A DNA stretch of 63,916 bases, counting the filler, from Octopus bimaculoides (Eukaryota), in assembly GCF_001194135.2 (NCBI RefSeq). It is 9 parts of 9 records of this genome, joined end to end, with 100 filler letters (N's around TTAATTAATTAA, not from the genome) between each part and the next. Parts side by side here need not be neighbours in the genome. Positions count along the whole stretch, not along the records: positions 48,165 to 56,807 come from NC_068999.1; positions 56,908 to 63,916 come from NC_068983.1; 7 more parts are not named here. One strand, written 5' to 3'. The notes beneath the pieces are model-generated. The model was given only the letters and a program-made list of their open reading frames with translations. It made no database searches and was not told the DNA's origin. Each line of letters opens with the position of its first letter. The stretch's first letter is position 1. The translations under genes and the position numbers were made by a program. Of this stretch, positions 48,570-62,082 are shown in pieces.

Positions 48570-51195
48570 GATAAAAGATAATATCCCCCAGAATAGACTA
48601 GTCATTAGTGACTTTAGACTTCAGGTCAGAAGGATGCCAAAACATAAACCAATCTGGAAAAAGATTTGGAAGCTTAAGGACCCTTCATATGGTCAGAGAT
48701 TTAGGGACATCCTAAATCAGAAATTCAGTGAAAGAGAGGAGGAGTTACAGACTTCTAACATAGAGTGCAATTGGGAATTCCTGAGGGACAGCTTGCCAAG
48801 TACCACAGACCAAATCTGTGGCTGGAGCAAAGTTCCATCCAGACCTAGGGTAACATGGTGGTGGAATGATATGGTAGACAGGATCATTAGAGCTAAGAAA
48901 TAAGCCTGGAAGAATGAAGGTAGCAGGGTGCTGTATCAGATTGCCAGAAAGGATGCTAGAAGACGAGTATATCTAGCAAAGGGAGAAGCAGAAAAGAAGT
49001 TTGATATGTTCAGTGATGTGAGAACCAAAGAATTGAAGTGTTTTGGATTGGAAGACAATGTGTGAGAGAAAATCATGTCATAGGAGAGAAATGTGTCCAT
49101 ATGGATGATGGTGCGCTTGCATTTAATGATTCTGCAAAGAAAGAGGCTTGGAAATGCCATTATTAAAAATTGCTGAACATGGACAATGAGTAGGAGGAGG
49201 AGAGTCTGTCAAATGTTGACCCAATTGAGGGACCGGCTACCTGTATCGACAGTTCCACTGTAGATAAAGCAATTAAGGATATGAAGACAGGAAAAGCCTC
49301 TGGCCCATCAGTAATCACTGCTGAGATGCTTAAAATATCTGGCAGTGTGGGTTATGGTCTAGTCACCTGTATTGTAAATCAGGTGGTTCATGAGAGTCAT
49401 ACCCAATGACTGGTGTAGCAGCTCCATAGTCAACTGCTACAAAGTAAAGGTGATGCCTTAGATACAAATAATTACAGAGGTATCAAATTGTTGGATCAGA
49501 TGATGAAAGTTATGGAGAGAGTCATAGCCCAACTAATTAGGGAGAGAGTTAGCTTAGATGTGATGCAGTTTGATTTTGTGCCAGGGAGAAGCACCACTGA
49601 TGCTATATTTCTAGCCAAAGATAAACCTCTGTACTTAGCCATTGTTGACTTGGAGAAAGGCTTTGACAAGGTCCTCCCATCCCTTATCTGGTGGTCAATG
49701 CAGAAACTAGAGAAATACAAGTGGTTGGTGAGAGCTGTACAAGCTATGTACAGGGATGCTACCAGTAAGGTGAGGATTGGCAATGAGTATAGTGAAGAAT
49801 TCAGGGTACAAGTAGGGGTTCACCAAGGATCAGTGCTCAGCCCCCTCTTATTCATCATAGGCCTCCAGGCAATAACAGAGGAATTCAAAACAGGCTATCC
49901 CTGGGAGCTCCTCTATGCTGATGAAGTTGCTCTTATAGCTGAATCACTACCTGAACTAGAGAAGAAATTCCAGGTATAGAAGCAAGGTTTAGAATCAAAG
50001 TGTCATAGAATAAATCTAGTAACAACCAAACTGAGTAAGTAGGAAGGCAGGTAAATCATGAATCCCTCCAGGTAGATGGCCCTGCTGATGCTCTGCTGGA
50101 TGTGTAATGTCAGTGTGCATACACGATAGAGTGTATGAGTCCTGAGAGAAAAGTTGGATTTAAGAAGCATCAGATGTGGTGTGCAAGAGAGACGACTGCA
50201 CTGGTATGGTCATGTGTTGCAAATGAATGAGGACAGCTGTGTGAAAAAGTGTCACACCCTAGCAGTTGAGGGAACCTGTGGAAGAGGTAGACCCAGGAAA
50301 ACCTGGGATGAGTTGGTGAAGTATGACCTTCGAACATTGGGCCTTTCCAAGGCAATGACTAGTGACTGGGATCTTTGGAGATATGCTGTGCTTGGAAAGA
50401 CCCAACAAGCCAAGTGAGATCATAGCCCATGGCCTATGCCAGTGGGTGTAACCAGCCCATTTATGAATACCCCTCATTTGTTGGACAATAAACCTTGCTT
50501 GTGAAGACCTATTGAGGCAAGTGAAATCAAAATTACTGACGTGGCCAACGACAGTATCACCTGGTTAGCATTCGTGCCAGTGGAACATTAAAAGTACATC
50601 CAAACATGGGGTGTAACCAGCCCACTTATGAGTACCCCTCATTCATTGGACAATGAACTTTTCTTGCAAAGACCTATTGAGGCAAGTGTAAACAAACCAA
50701 AATCGATGGCATGNNNNNNNNNNGACAATGAACTTTTCTTGCAAAGACCTATTGAGGCAAGTGTAAACAAACCAAAATCGATGGCATGGCCGATGACAGT
50801 ACCACCTGATTGGCACTCATGCCAGTGGAATGTTAACAGCACATCCAAGCGTGATCGTTGCCAGGGCCACAGATTGGCTCCTGTGTCGGTGACATGTGAA
50901 AAGCACCATTCGAGCATGATCGCTGCCAGCATCACTTTAATGGCACATGAAAAACAACATTTGAGTGTGGTCATTGCCAGAATCGCCTGACTGGCCCTCA
51001 TACTGGTGGCACGTAAAAAGCACCCACTACACTCTCGGAGTAGTTGGTGTTAGGAAGGGCATCCAGCTGTAGAAACTTTACCAGACCAGATTGAGCCTGG
51101 TGCATCCTCTGGCTCACCAGTCCTCAGTCAAACTGTCCAACCCATGTCAGCATGGAAAGCAGACATTAAACAATGATGATAATGATGATGATGTT
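48570..51195 (+). mobile_element. RTE-clade LINE, 5'-truncated and decayed, with 3' UTR and (GAT)n tail
   Basis: NYRGIKLL, DLEKGFD, GVHQGSVLSPLLF, YADE (mutated YADD), LHWYGHV, GRGRPRKTW; many stops and frameshifts. Confidence 0.93.
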
Positions 51196-51479
51196 GCATT
51201 TCCACCACGACTTAAAACGGTTACACTCGAACAGAAACTCGTCCGGTAATTGCCATTTGAGTGGAAATTTTGTTTTCACTATAAAACACACATTGCTAGG
51301 TTTGTACCACACCCTTGAGACCCAACTACACTCTACCTAAAAAATATAGAAATCTCATAAGTAATATAAACGTCATAAATTCAGAGGCAGCATTAATGAA
51401 TATGTTACACATTAATTTAATGTATTAAACTTATCTTTATTAATGTATATTGAATTATACATAAATATATACAAGATCT

Positions 51480-51573
51480 ACACAGATATAAGAGTTAGAA
51501 CTTGTGATCCGCCCGTGGACCTTATTCTTTTGTAAACTTTTGCTTGCCGTACTAAAAAGTTTCCCCACCCCTG
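51480..51573. mobile_element. hAT-type MITE end
   Basis: Reverse complement CAGGGGTGGGGAAAC TIR followed by AACTAGAG, resembling a Charlie/Buster-type target. Confidence 0.5.
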
Positions 51574-51593
51574 AACTAGAGTATCTAAAAAAA

Positions 51594-53523
51594 ATGTTCC
51601 ATAAGAGAAGTGCTTGTGTCACTCAAAGAAACAAAAAAATCTAGTCAAAGAAGCTCGTGCAATTTCAAGACTCAAAAAGAAGACTTGTTCCTCTAGAAGA
51701 GCACTCTTTGGAAAACAACTGGAGGATACTAATGAAACTTCAAATTGTCGGTTGCTACCTGTTCCTTGGAGGTACCATCCAAGGAAGGAAAAAAAGAACG
51801 AAGGAAATTTTGAAAGAAGTTACTTTTTTATGGCAAAAGAAATTAAATTTCTCATATTTATCAATTCAAAATGTACAAGCAAAAGTAGAAAAAGTGCTGA
51901 ATACCTACAATAAATGTGTAAAACGAAAATACTATAAATCGAAAGGAATTTTTGACATCACGAATGCTGTGCAGTGAGGATATATTATCTTCAAATTGAA
52001 AGCAAAGGACAGGTTGGGTATGCAACTGGAAAGGTAGCCAGTTCCAAAACTATACATCCATCATCATCATCATCATCGTCATTTAACGTCCACTTTCCAT
52101 GCTAGCGTGGGTTGGACAATTTGACTGTGGACTGGTGAAACCAGATGGCTACACCAGGCTCCAATCTGATTTGGCAGAGTTTCTACAGCTGGATACCCTT
52201 CCTAATGCCAACTACTCCGAGAGTGTAGTGGGTGCTTTTACGTGCCACCGGTACGAAGGCCATCCAAAAGAAGAAAAGTGTCCTTAATGCCAACTCCAAC
52301 CAGAGCAACTCCAGTGTCATTGTCAACATCTGAAGCAGAGACTGAAAATGAATACCAAGTGTCCGAAAAATCAGATGAAGAATCCACACAAACAAGGAGG
52401 AAGTATAGCAAAACTGGAACTGCAATCAAGTTAGTAATATTTTCCAAGCTACCAAACCAAAAAGTAGCAACAATTTATTGACAATTATCTCAAGATGGAA
52501 TCAATGTCAAGACTCCTTCCCAATCTGGTATTTACAGATCAACTATCAACGAAGCTGTTAAACTAAAGAAGAAAATACTTCATTTAGAAAACTGGTCATT
52601 GCATTTTGATGGTAAACATATTGATGGCCAAGTATACCAAGTGCTAGTTTTAAAGAATGAACAGAGAGAAGTTACGTCAGAAGCACTCCAATTACCAAAG
52701 GGAAAATCTGGTACTGTTGTGAAAGGAATAAGAGCTGTTTTAGATGAATATAATTTATGGAACTGTGTAAAGATGATTGCCACTGATACAACGAGTGTGA
52801 ACACTGGGAAAAGAAATGGCATTGTCATTGAGTTGCAAAGACTGTTTGCTCAAAAGGGTTTGAAAGAACCACAATTTATTGGTTGTCAGCATCATATCCT
52901 TGATAGAGTTCTTCGTGTTGTTATGGATAACGAACTTGGAGAAAAAAAGTCATCTCCCAATATTGAATATACATTCATTTCAGAGCTTCTAAGTAATTAC
53001 AAGAAACTCCAAGCTAATTTCAACAATGATGAAGAAAAGATTACTGAATCAACAGGATGAGAAGATGACATGAAATTTCTATTTCGTTTGACCAGAGATT
53101 TTTGTTTCTTTGAAGAAACTGGAAAATTTCCTACTGTAAAGTTTCAAAAAACACCCAACTTAAGTAATGCAAGATGGAATTCTCGAGCAATACTAGCTCT
53201 TTTGGCATTTATTCTTCTACCAGAGAAAAGGGTTTTCTTTCTCAATGTTTGTCGATTCATCTCTTACAGCTGGGCAGATTTTTGGTTTACTGACCAAATG
53301 TTCAATGTACATGATTATCAGAAGTTATGTAGTAATCTGCAAGTTTATTAAAAGCATTGAACTCTGTAAAAAAACTTTTGGAGTCAAGAACCATCAAAAC
53401 TCGAAATTCCCAGAACAAATCAGAGTGCAGAACAGGCAATCAAGTGCCTTCAAGATCTTTATGGTGTTTGTAAAAAGGAAGAGAAACTTCAGCTTCGATT
53501 TATTTTATCTAACAAAATATATT
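51594..53523 (+). pseudogene. hAT-superfamily (hATm-like) transposase, disrupted
   Basis: HFDGK, ATDTTSVNTG, CQHHILD, SNARWNSR and RTNQSAE motifs in the order D-D-CxxH-W-E; in-frame stops and an RTE-tail insertion. Confidence 0.8.
52063..52259 (-). mobile_element. RTE 3'-tail element inserted in the transposase
   Basis: (CAT)n at the left end; CCATC duplicated on both sides. Confidence 0.85.
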
Positions 53524-53629
53524 AATTCTTTGTTATGTTTAAACATTTGCTAACATTCAGCTCCCTTTTTCTTATACAGTTATTTAAAATGGGAATTAAA
53601 CCTATAAAGTTAAAAAATGTATTGTTTTT

Positions 53630-54178
53630 AAGTACCCTTCAATCATTGGGCAATAAACTATGCTTGGGAAGGCCTGTTGAGGCAAGTGAAGTCGTTGTCG
53701 TGGCTGAAGACAGTACCGCCTAATTGGCACCCTTGCCTGTGACACGTAAGAAACACCATTCGAGCGTGGTCGATACCAGTGCCAGCTGACTGGCTCCCAT
53801 GCTGGTGGCACGTAAAAAGTAACATTCAAGTGTGATGGATGCTAGTGCCGGCTGACTGGTCCTGTGTTGGTGGCATGTAAAGAGCACCATTTGAGCGTGG
53901 TCGTTGCCAGTGCTGCCTGACTGGCTCCCATGACGGTGGCATGTAAAATTCAAGTGTGGTCAATGCCAGTACCACCTGACTGGCCCTTGTACTGGTGGCA
54001 CGTAAAAAGCACCCACTACACTCTCGGAGTGGTTGGCATTAGGAAGGGGATCCAGCTGTAGAAACTTTGCCAGATCGGATTGGAGCCTGGTGCAGCCTTC
54101 TGGCTTGCCAGCCCTCAGTCAAACTGTCCAACCCATGCCAGCATGGAAAGTGGACGTTAAACGATGATGATGATGATG
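53630..54178 (+). mobile_element. RTE 3' UTR and tail with internal tandem units
   Basis: Homology to 50450-51190; four units of roughly 60-65 nt at about 53754-54010. Confidence 0.85.
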
Positions 54179-54342
54179 CTCAAATGCTTGTAGTGGCCTC
54201 TGTCTTATATAGCCTAGTTTTGAACGTGTGCATAGAGCAATTTCAATTCAGTAATCTTAAAAATGTATAAATACATTTTTATTCTACATCTCTCTTGCGT
54301 TTACAAGGATTTAGGCAGCAGAAATACGGAAGTGTGAATCTA

Positions 54343-54356
54343 GTGCCACCTAGTGG
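54343..54356 (-). promoter_or_regulatory. CTCF-consensus-like motif
   Basis: Minus strand CCACTAGGTGGCAC fits the CCASYAGRKGGCRS core. Confidence 0.3.
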
Positions 54357-54660
54357 TTATAGTTTTAAAAGCCCATAACTCTGAAACTATTTCGGATACT
54401 ATTTATAGAAAGCTGAAATTTCAGATATACTAGTTCCGCATTGCATTGAGCCAGCACACCAAGTTTGGTAAAAACTTGAGCAGGTGTTATGAACCCCACT
54501 AGAATTTTGCGTAATTTGGGTCAAAAGTGGTGATTGATTTCTTAAGTTGGGAGAGATGTTTTTTTTCAATTAAAGCAAAATAAATGTTAGTTTCCTGACT
54601 TTTATGAAATTATCCATCAAATTACAGTATAGGGTTATTAGGTGGTGAAAAAGTCATAAC

Positions 54661-54714
<54 letters not shown>

Positions 54715-54724
54715 ATGTATGTAT

Positions 54725-54945
54725 ATAACTCTGTGCGTGTGTATGTGTCTTTCTTTGTCATCCAAAACTGCTTAACAACAGGTGTTGGCATGTTTACATT
54801 CCTGTAACTTAGCATTTTGGCCTAAGAGACTGATGAAATAAGTACTAAACTTAAAAAATATATGTCCTGGGGTGAATTTGTTCAATTAAAAACCTTACAT
54901 GGCCACAGTCAAATAACTAAAACAAGTAAAAGAGATAAAAGAAAT
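54725..54945 (+). mobile_element. SINE family A 3' half, diverged
   Basis: Homology to other copies. Confidence 0.7.
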
Positions 54946-54949
54946 AATC

Positions 54950-56270
54950 TATTCTTCAAGACCAGTCTGGAAAAGAAGGATCCTTTGAATAGTCAGACAT
55001 TTAGAGACATCCTAACTGAAGGAGGAATTACAGACATGTAACACAGAGAACAACTAAGAGTTTCTATGGGACAAATCTGTGGCCAGTGCTAAGTCCCAAC
55101 CAGCCCCAGGGTGACACCGTGGTGGAACAATGTAGTTGACAGGGCCATTAAGAGCAAAGAAACAGAACTGGAAGGGTGGTGGTAGCAAAGAAAAATATCA
55201 GGTAGCTAGATGAGAAGCTAGGGGACAGGTATACTTAGCCAGAAGAGAAGCAGAAAGCAAGAAATTTGCCAATGTTTTGCAGCATGTTTCGGATTGCAAG
55301 ACTGTGTGAGAGAAAATAATGATGCTATAGGAGAGAAATGTGTTCGCATGGAAGGTGGTTCACTTGCAGTTAGTTATTCTGCAAAGAAAAGGCTTGAAAA
55401 TGCCATTATGAAAGGCTGCTGAATGTAGAGAATGCATGGGAGAAGGAGAGTCAGCCTAATGTAGACCCAACTAAGACACCAGCTATCAACAGTAGCTTCA
55501 AAGATAAAGCGATTGAGGATATGAAGACAGGGAAAGCCACCCAACCCATCAAGAATCACGGCTGAGATGTATAAAACATCTGACAGAGTGGGATATGGTC
55601 TAGTTACCCATATAATTAATCAGGTTGTCCATGAGGCAGTCATACCCAATGACTGGTGTAGCAGCAGTATAGTCAACTGCTACAAAGGAATACTTACTCA
55701 GATATCAAATTGCTGGACCAGATGATGAAAGTTAGAGAGGGTCATAGCTCAATTAATTAGGAAGAGAGTTATTCTAGATGAGATGCAGTTTGGTTTTGTA
55801 CCAGGGAGAAGCACTGCTGGTGCTATATTCCTGGTAAGGCAGCTGCAGGAGAAGTAATTAGGCAAAAATAAACCTCTGTACTTGGCTTTTGTTGACATGG
55901 AGAAAGCTTTTGACAGGGTCCCCTGCTCCCTTATCTGCTGATCAATATGGAAGCTAGGGATAGCTGAGTGGTTGGTAAGAGCTGTATAAGCTATGTACAG
56001 TAATGCTGTTAGTAAGGTAAAGGTTGGCATAAAGTATAGCAATGAATTCAGCATACATGTAGGGATTCACCAGGGATTGGTTCTTAGCCCCCTCTTGTTC
56101 ATCATAGTCCTCCAGACCATAACAGAGGAAAGATGGGCTGCCCTTGAAAGCTCCTCTATGCCGATAACCTAGTTCTTATAGCTGAATCACTACCAGAACT
56201 AGAAGAAATTTCAGGTGTGGAAGCAAGGTCTAAAATCAAAGTGCCTTAGAGTTAATTTAACAAGTAGGAA
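54950..56270 (+). mobile_element. RTE-clade LINE fragment, heavily decayed
   Basis: PNDWCSSSIVNCYKG, MQFGFVPGRST, VDMEKAFDRVP, GIHQGLVLSPLLF, YADN. Confidence 0.9.
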
Positions 56271-56494
56271 AAGAGACATATCTGTTGTGCATGGGAAATG
56301 AAAAGAGGTTCACCTATCTTCCTCTCTTGTCTGCAGCCATCTAGTAGTAGTCACTTTGGCGATCCTTTACTACCCCATCACCTAAGCAGCTGCTATCTCA
56401 CCAACCCGAGAGTGAATTTCCGTGACGTCCATTCTCAATGCCTCAGCCGGCCAAAAGAGGACGACACCTGTCCTGTCCCCCACCGCACTTCCCT

Positions 56495-56790
56495 TTGTAA
56501 GCCTAGTACTTTTGCCGAACCACTAAGCTACGGGGACGTAAACACACCAGCATCGGTTGTCAAGCGATGTTGGGGGGGACAAACACAGACATATACACAC
56601 ACACATACATACATATATATATATATACATATATACGACAGGCTTCTTTCAGTTTCCGTCTACCAAATCCACTCACAAGTCTTTGGTCGTCCCGAGGCTA
56701 TAGTAGAAGACACTTGCCCAAGGTGCCACGCAGTGGGACTGAACTCGGAACCATGTGGTTCGTAAGCAAGCTACTTACCACACAGCCTCT
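56495..56790 (-). mobile_element. SINE family A with intact 5' head, 3'-truncated
   Basis: Minus strand begins GGCGTAGGAGAGGCTGTGTGGTAAG. Confidence 0.88.
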
Positions 56791-56940
56791 CCTACGCCTA
56801 TATATTGNNNNNNNNNNNNNNNNNNNNNNNNNNNNNNNNNNNNNNNNNNNNTTAATTAATTAANNNNNNNNNNNNNNNNNNNNNNNNNNNNNNNNNNNNN
56901 NNNNNNNTGTGTGTGTGAGGAAATTGTGGAGTTGGTGATT

Positions 56941-57016
<76 letters not shown>

Positions 57017-57423
57017 CGGGAGAGTGAGAGAGAGTGGCAGGTAGGGGTCGATTTTTACTTAAGAAATAAATTATTTAGTAAAAGCACTGAAGACAAGATT
57101 TTAAAGGAAAAAATGAAATGGATTAAAGGAAAAACAAATGTAAAGATAAAACAGACTAAAACATAATCCCATCACAGTGTTTTATCAAAGCTTAATTGTA
57201 AGGTTGTGTATGTTCTGATCTGTTCAACAGATGAGAGAAAATGTTGCCAGCAATTTATGGTTGAAAGTTACTTGATGCTTAAATTACACAAGTTTATATT
57301 GGTGTAATCTTTTCCATCTCCTGCTCTCTTACATAGTATATATGCATGTATTACACATGCATTCGTACACACACATACACACAGGCATAAATATATATGC
57401 ATATATATGTGCATGTTTATATG

Positions 57424-57465
<42 letters not shown>

Positions 57466-57944
57466 TGTAAAGATATGCATCTATGTATGAGTATATATGT
57501 GTACATATACATGTATGCACATATTTGTGTGTGTGTGTATATATATATATATATNNNNNNNNNNNNNNNNNNNNNNNNNNNNNNNNNNNNNNNNNNNNNN
57601 NNNNNNNNNNNNNNNNNNNNNNNNNNNNNNNNNNNNNNNNNNNNNNNNNNNNNNNNNNNNNNNNNNNNNNNNNNNNNNNNNNNNNNNNNNNNNNNNNNNN
57701 NNNNNNNNNNNNNNNNNNNNNNNNNNNNNNNNNNNNNNNNNNNNNNNNNNNNNNNNNNNNNNNNNNNNNNNNNNNNNNNNNNNNNNNNNNNNNNNNNNNN
57801 NNNNNNNNNNNNNNNNNNNNNNNNNNNNNNNNNNNNNNNNNNNNNNNNNNNNNNNNNNNNNNNNNNNNNNNNNNNNNNNNNNNNNNNNNNNNNNNNNNNN
57901 NNNNNNNNNNNNNNNNNNNNNNNNNNNNNNNNNNNNNNNNNNNN

Positions 57945-57976
<32 letters not shown>

Positions 57977-58094
57977 CATATATATATATAAAGTTCAATT
58001 TACAGAAAGCAAAAGACAAGGCCAGTGAGTGAACAACAAATCAATCAAGAATTTAGGTTGTACTTTATTTGATATACTTATATTTGTGTGTTTG

Positions 58095-58317
58095 AAACAA
58101 ATATGAATTAAGACAACTAACTCAGTGTTGTCTTTAGGAATATATTTGAACAACATAGGTAAATACAAATATATAATGGCCACAAAACAGAGCATCAACT
58201 CGAGAAAGAAATGATGATGACCTTGTTTTGTATGTTTTGTATGGAGAGGAAGTTTTTAGCTAATAACAAAGCACTTTGCTCCCAACCTGGAGCTGGCTTG
58301 TGTTTAGTTCCCACACA
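58095..58317. repeat. diverged direct repeat, copy 1 (LINE endonuclease relic)
   Basis: Aligns by eye with about 59127-59360. Confidence 0.8.
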
Positions 58318-58479
58318 ATAGAAAGCCCAACAATAGACTTAGTTATATTATTGTAGGTTCCTGCCACCCCACCCCCCATAGTGTTTTAGAAGGATTTCTA
58401 GCCTCTCCTCCAATATAAACATATTTAATAATGCTCCTCCCCTATAAAACAATGCCCGCAAAGCTAGTGGAGTTAAAGA

Positions 58480-58980
58480 GGAAATGAGTTACACTCCTAC
58501 TATTAGACCTGAAATAAAGAAAAGGAAACATAGACACAGGAAAATGATCTGGTTCACACTCCCTTACTCCCCTGATGTGACCTTTAATATCAGTAAATAT
58601 TTCTTGTCACTTATAAATGGACATTTTCCAATACATCACAAATATAGAAAACTCTTTAATGCGCATAACCTAAAAATTAGTTTTAGTTCCAGCCCAAATT
58701 TTCAAAGCACAATCACACACAATACAATGCAACACCACAAAGCCGGCTGTTCCCGCAGGGATAAAGACCTGTGCCCACTAAATGGAGCCTGTATAACCAA
58801 GGCCATTATTTATGAAGCTACTGTAAATTCAACCAACACTGGTAATACAGTTTAATCCAAGAGATATGTGGGTCTCACAGAGGGAAATTTCAAATCAAGA
58901 TTTAACAATCACACCTTAAGCTTCAGACACTGGAATAAGTGAAAGACTACCAAATTATCCAGTTATATATGGCTAACGTT
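58480..58980 (+). mobile_element. Penelope-like element RT-thumb / GIY-YIG fragment
   Basis: RKMIWFTLPYS...CPLNGACITKAIIYEATV...YVGLTEGNFKSRFNNH...KLSSYIW. Confidence 0.85.
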
Positions 58981-59049
58981 TCTGCCAGCTTGCCACTATG
59001 GACATATGTTTCTACCTCAATAGGAGTTATCAGCACAGTTGTCCAACCT

Positions 59050-59560
59050 TATCTCCAGTAGCCAATGAACTTAGATTCATACAAAAAGAGCAGAAAACAT
59101 TTATGGCCTAGATAATTTACATAATTGAAACAAATATGAATTAAGGCAACTAACTCAGTGTTGCCAGTAGGAATGTATTTGAACAACAGAGATAAATACA
59201 AATATATAATGGCCACATAGCAGAGCATCAACTCAAGAAAGAAATGATGATGACCTTGTTTTGTATGTTTTGTATGGAGAGGAAGTTTTAGCTAATAACA
59301 AACAAAGCACTGTCCTCCCAAATTGTCAACCTGGAGCTGGCCTGTGTTTAGTTCCCACACTCATTAGTCTGGTGGGCACAGACATAGCTAAGGTTGCAGG
59401 GATGGTTTTTAGTAGCGATTTAAGAAGTTCCAAATTTGGAAGAATTAACTTCTTTTCAAAACGTCTAATGGTGAATATAACAAATATCAAAACACTCAAG
59501 GAGAGCAACAATGCTCAAGCCATGCGGGAAGTGGCTTTGATAGATATATAAGAACTTAGT
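59050..59560 (-). mobile_element. LINE AP-endonuclease relic, contains direct repeat copy 2
   Basis: Degenerate IATKNHPCNLSYVCAHQTN and SCLNSYLFQ resemble RTE-type APE segments. Confidence 0.45.
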
Positions 59561-59688
59561 GCTGGTTAATTAGTGAAAATAGTGGTTGTGTAGTATATGT
59601 ATTTCTTTGGATTTCTAGGTCTTAAGCATCAGCAGTTATGATATTCTGCAAATAAAAACTTCTTTGTCAGAATTTGAATTTTGTAGTG

Positions 59689-60281
59689 CAGTGGTTTCCA
59701 ATCTTTTGTGCCCTCTTAGGAAATATTTGATGCATTTTCTCAATTGTCATGAAAGTAATGACCCGATGATATGAGAGTCCTTTTAGTTGATTCAATTGTA
59801 CACTGTGAATGAACAAATTAAACAATAAGCTTTCGACTCACTGCACTAATTACTTGGAGCAATTAAAAAGAAACAAAAGTTAGAAAAAAAAAACCCAGTT
59901 AAATCATTTATATTGTGAACATTAAATTCAATGACGTCCTTGTTCCTGCTTCTCATTTAGGATTCTATTCAAATATAGAACTTTCTTGCTGACTGTGATC
60001 TGAAGGTTTGTCTGAGTTCTAGATTTTGTCTTCATTGACAAAAGAGAACTGAATCCAGATTCACACAAGTATGCAATTGCCAATGGAATGAAGACACAGT
60101 TGTTGGTCATAAAATGTACATTTATAGAAAGATTAAGGTTTGGTAGCCTTAATAAAGTAATTCATAATTTTATTCTGAAAAGTAATTTTAATAATTTATA
60201 TACTTGCTCTCTTTGTCACATCCTCTGACATGCCATCTTGCACCCCCATGAGGTGTGCACACAGCTGGTTTGGAATTCCTG
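59689..60281 (-). mobile_element. hAT (Charlie/Buster-like) non-autonomous element
   Basis: IPLAIAYLCESGFSSLLSMKTKSR...KQEQGRH C-terminal motif; imperfect CAGTGGTTTCCAA / TTGGAATTCCTG ends; no matching TSD. Confidence 0.75.
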
Positions 60282-62044
60282 GAATGATATCTCTAGCAGA
60301 CTGACAACAATCCAGAAATTAAGACACACTGGTTACTGTAGAGAAGCTAGTAGTGAGATTAACCATTCATTGAAGACTGGCAGTTCTGCTACTGGGTTTC
60401 ATGAAAGATAGAAGATGATCAGTGGGACAGATCCTTTGATGTGATATTACAGCCATGTCCAGCATGGTAAAATAAATAATGGAAATTTATTAACATGTAT
60501 TTATTCAATGAACGCTCCCAGTGGACATGAGCTCCAAACATAAACACATGCAAAGATAAATGAAGTATAATATGAGAATACAGCATAGTCAACTGAGATA
60601 AGGATAAAGTGTTTGTGCTTGTGAACAGGGAGGAGGAAAAAGGAAAGGGAAGAACTAAAAGGGAGGGTGGAGGGAGAAAATGAAAACTATGTAAGAGTGA
60701 ACGAAAGGTTATGAGAGATATAAGTTTAAAGAGAAAGGGAGAGGAGAGAAAAAGAAAGAGAGAAAGACAGAAAGAAAGAAAAGAGATTGAGTGGTAAACG
60801 ATGTGAACCAATCAAAAGAGACTGGGATCCTGAATTGGCCAAAAGGCTCAAAAACATTCTCGGTCAATGCATGATCAACAGAAACAAATCATCATCATCG
60901 TTCAACGTCTACTTTCCATGCTGGCTAGTTGGCTGAAAAATTGTCTAGAGCTACTATTTCTACACCCCCTTCCACTATTCCTTGTCAAGTTTCAGTGTTT
61001 CTCCATCTACTTGAACATCATTCTCCACTCTCACATTGGAGCTTTATCAACCTCACACTAGCTCTTACGGCTATCCTGTGACACTTGTGATGATACATAG
61101 GTGTAGTTCAAATCTGTAAGTGTCAAGATAACATACATGCATACAAACACATATATACTAAAATCATTGACATGAAGAGTAGCCACAAGAGTAGACTTGT
61201 GGTGGATGTTTTACATCTAACCTAGAAGGCTGCGCCTCTGCTGTCCATGAACAGGAGATAGCTACTAAATACTTCATCATTATGAAAGATAAGGATGCCT
61301 CTAAGCATCCACTTTGTAATACAGAATGAATGTTGATTGTGTCAGTGTGGTAGACATAACCTACAACTGTCCATCAATCCTCACAAGATACTATAGGCTC
61401 CTGAGATGTAACATTATTGCTAAAACCATTTACCATGCTTCCAGCAAAAGAAGGTTCGCTCCGGTGGCCATACCAATGGCATACCAGAACTGAAATGTAC
61501 CTACACATTTAAAAATGAGAAAATTTCCCAATAAAAACAGCTACCTGATAGTATACTGTTGGACAAGAAAAATTCATACATTACTATAGAGATCAGCTAC
61601 CCAATGGTAGTAAATGTTTAATCTAAATTGGAGAAAAGATAAATATCTATAGAGAACTAATGAGAAATTTACAGGTCTTATATCTGGGCAAGAGATTTTT
61701 GTTTGTACCCAGGGTCTAAAAGAAGTGGGTTCAGTTGATATACTGATCTGGAGACCAGTGAGGATGAGTCTGTGAATGTCAATCAGGACCTGAAATCAGT
61801 CACGTTCCATCTTTGAAACTTATCCTTGATATTTTACATATCTGTCTGTCTGCTTGTCTGTCTGTCTGCTTGCTTGTCTGCCTGCTAGTCTAATATGTTT
61901 GAGTTAATAGACTACACATACTTTGAGAAGCTACTTTTTAATGATAATAGTGACTATAAATTTTAAATACACATACACACACAAGTATATACATGCAGAC
62001 ACATTCATACACACACACACACACACACACACATGTATATAAAT

Positions 62045-62082
<38 letters not shown>

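Noticed and set aside
50649-50788. Perfect 65-bp direct repeat
   Set aside because: The copies flank a 10-N gap, consistent with overlapping contig ends.
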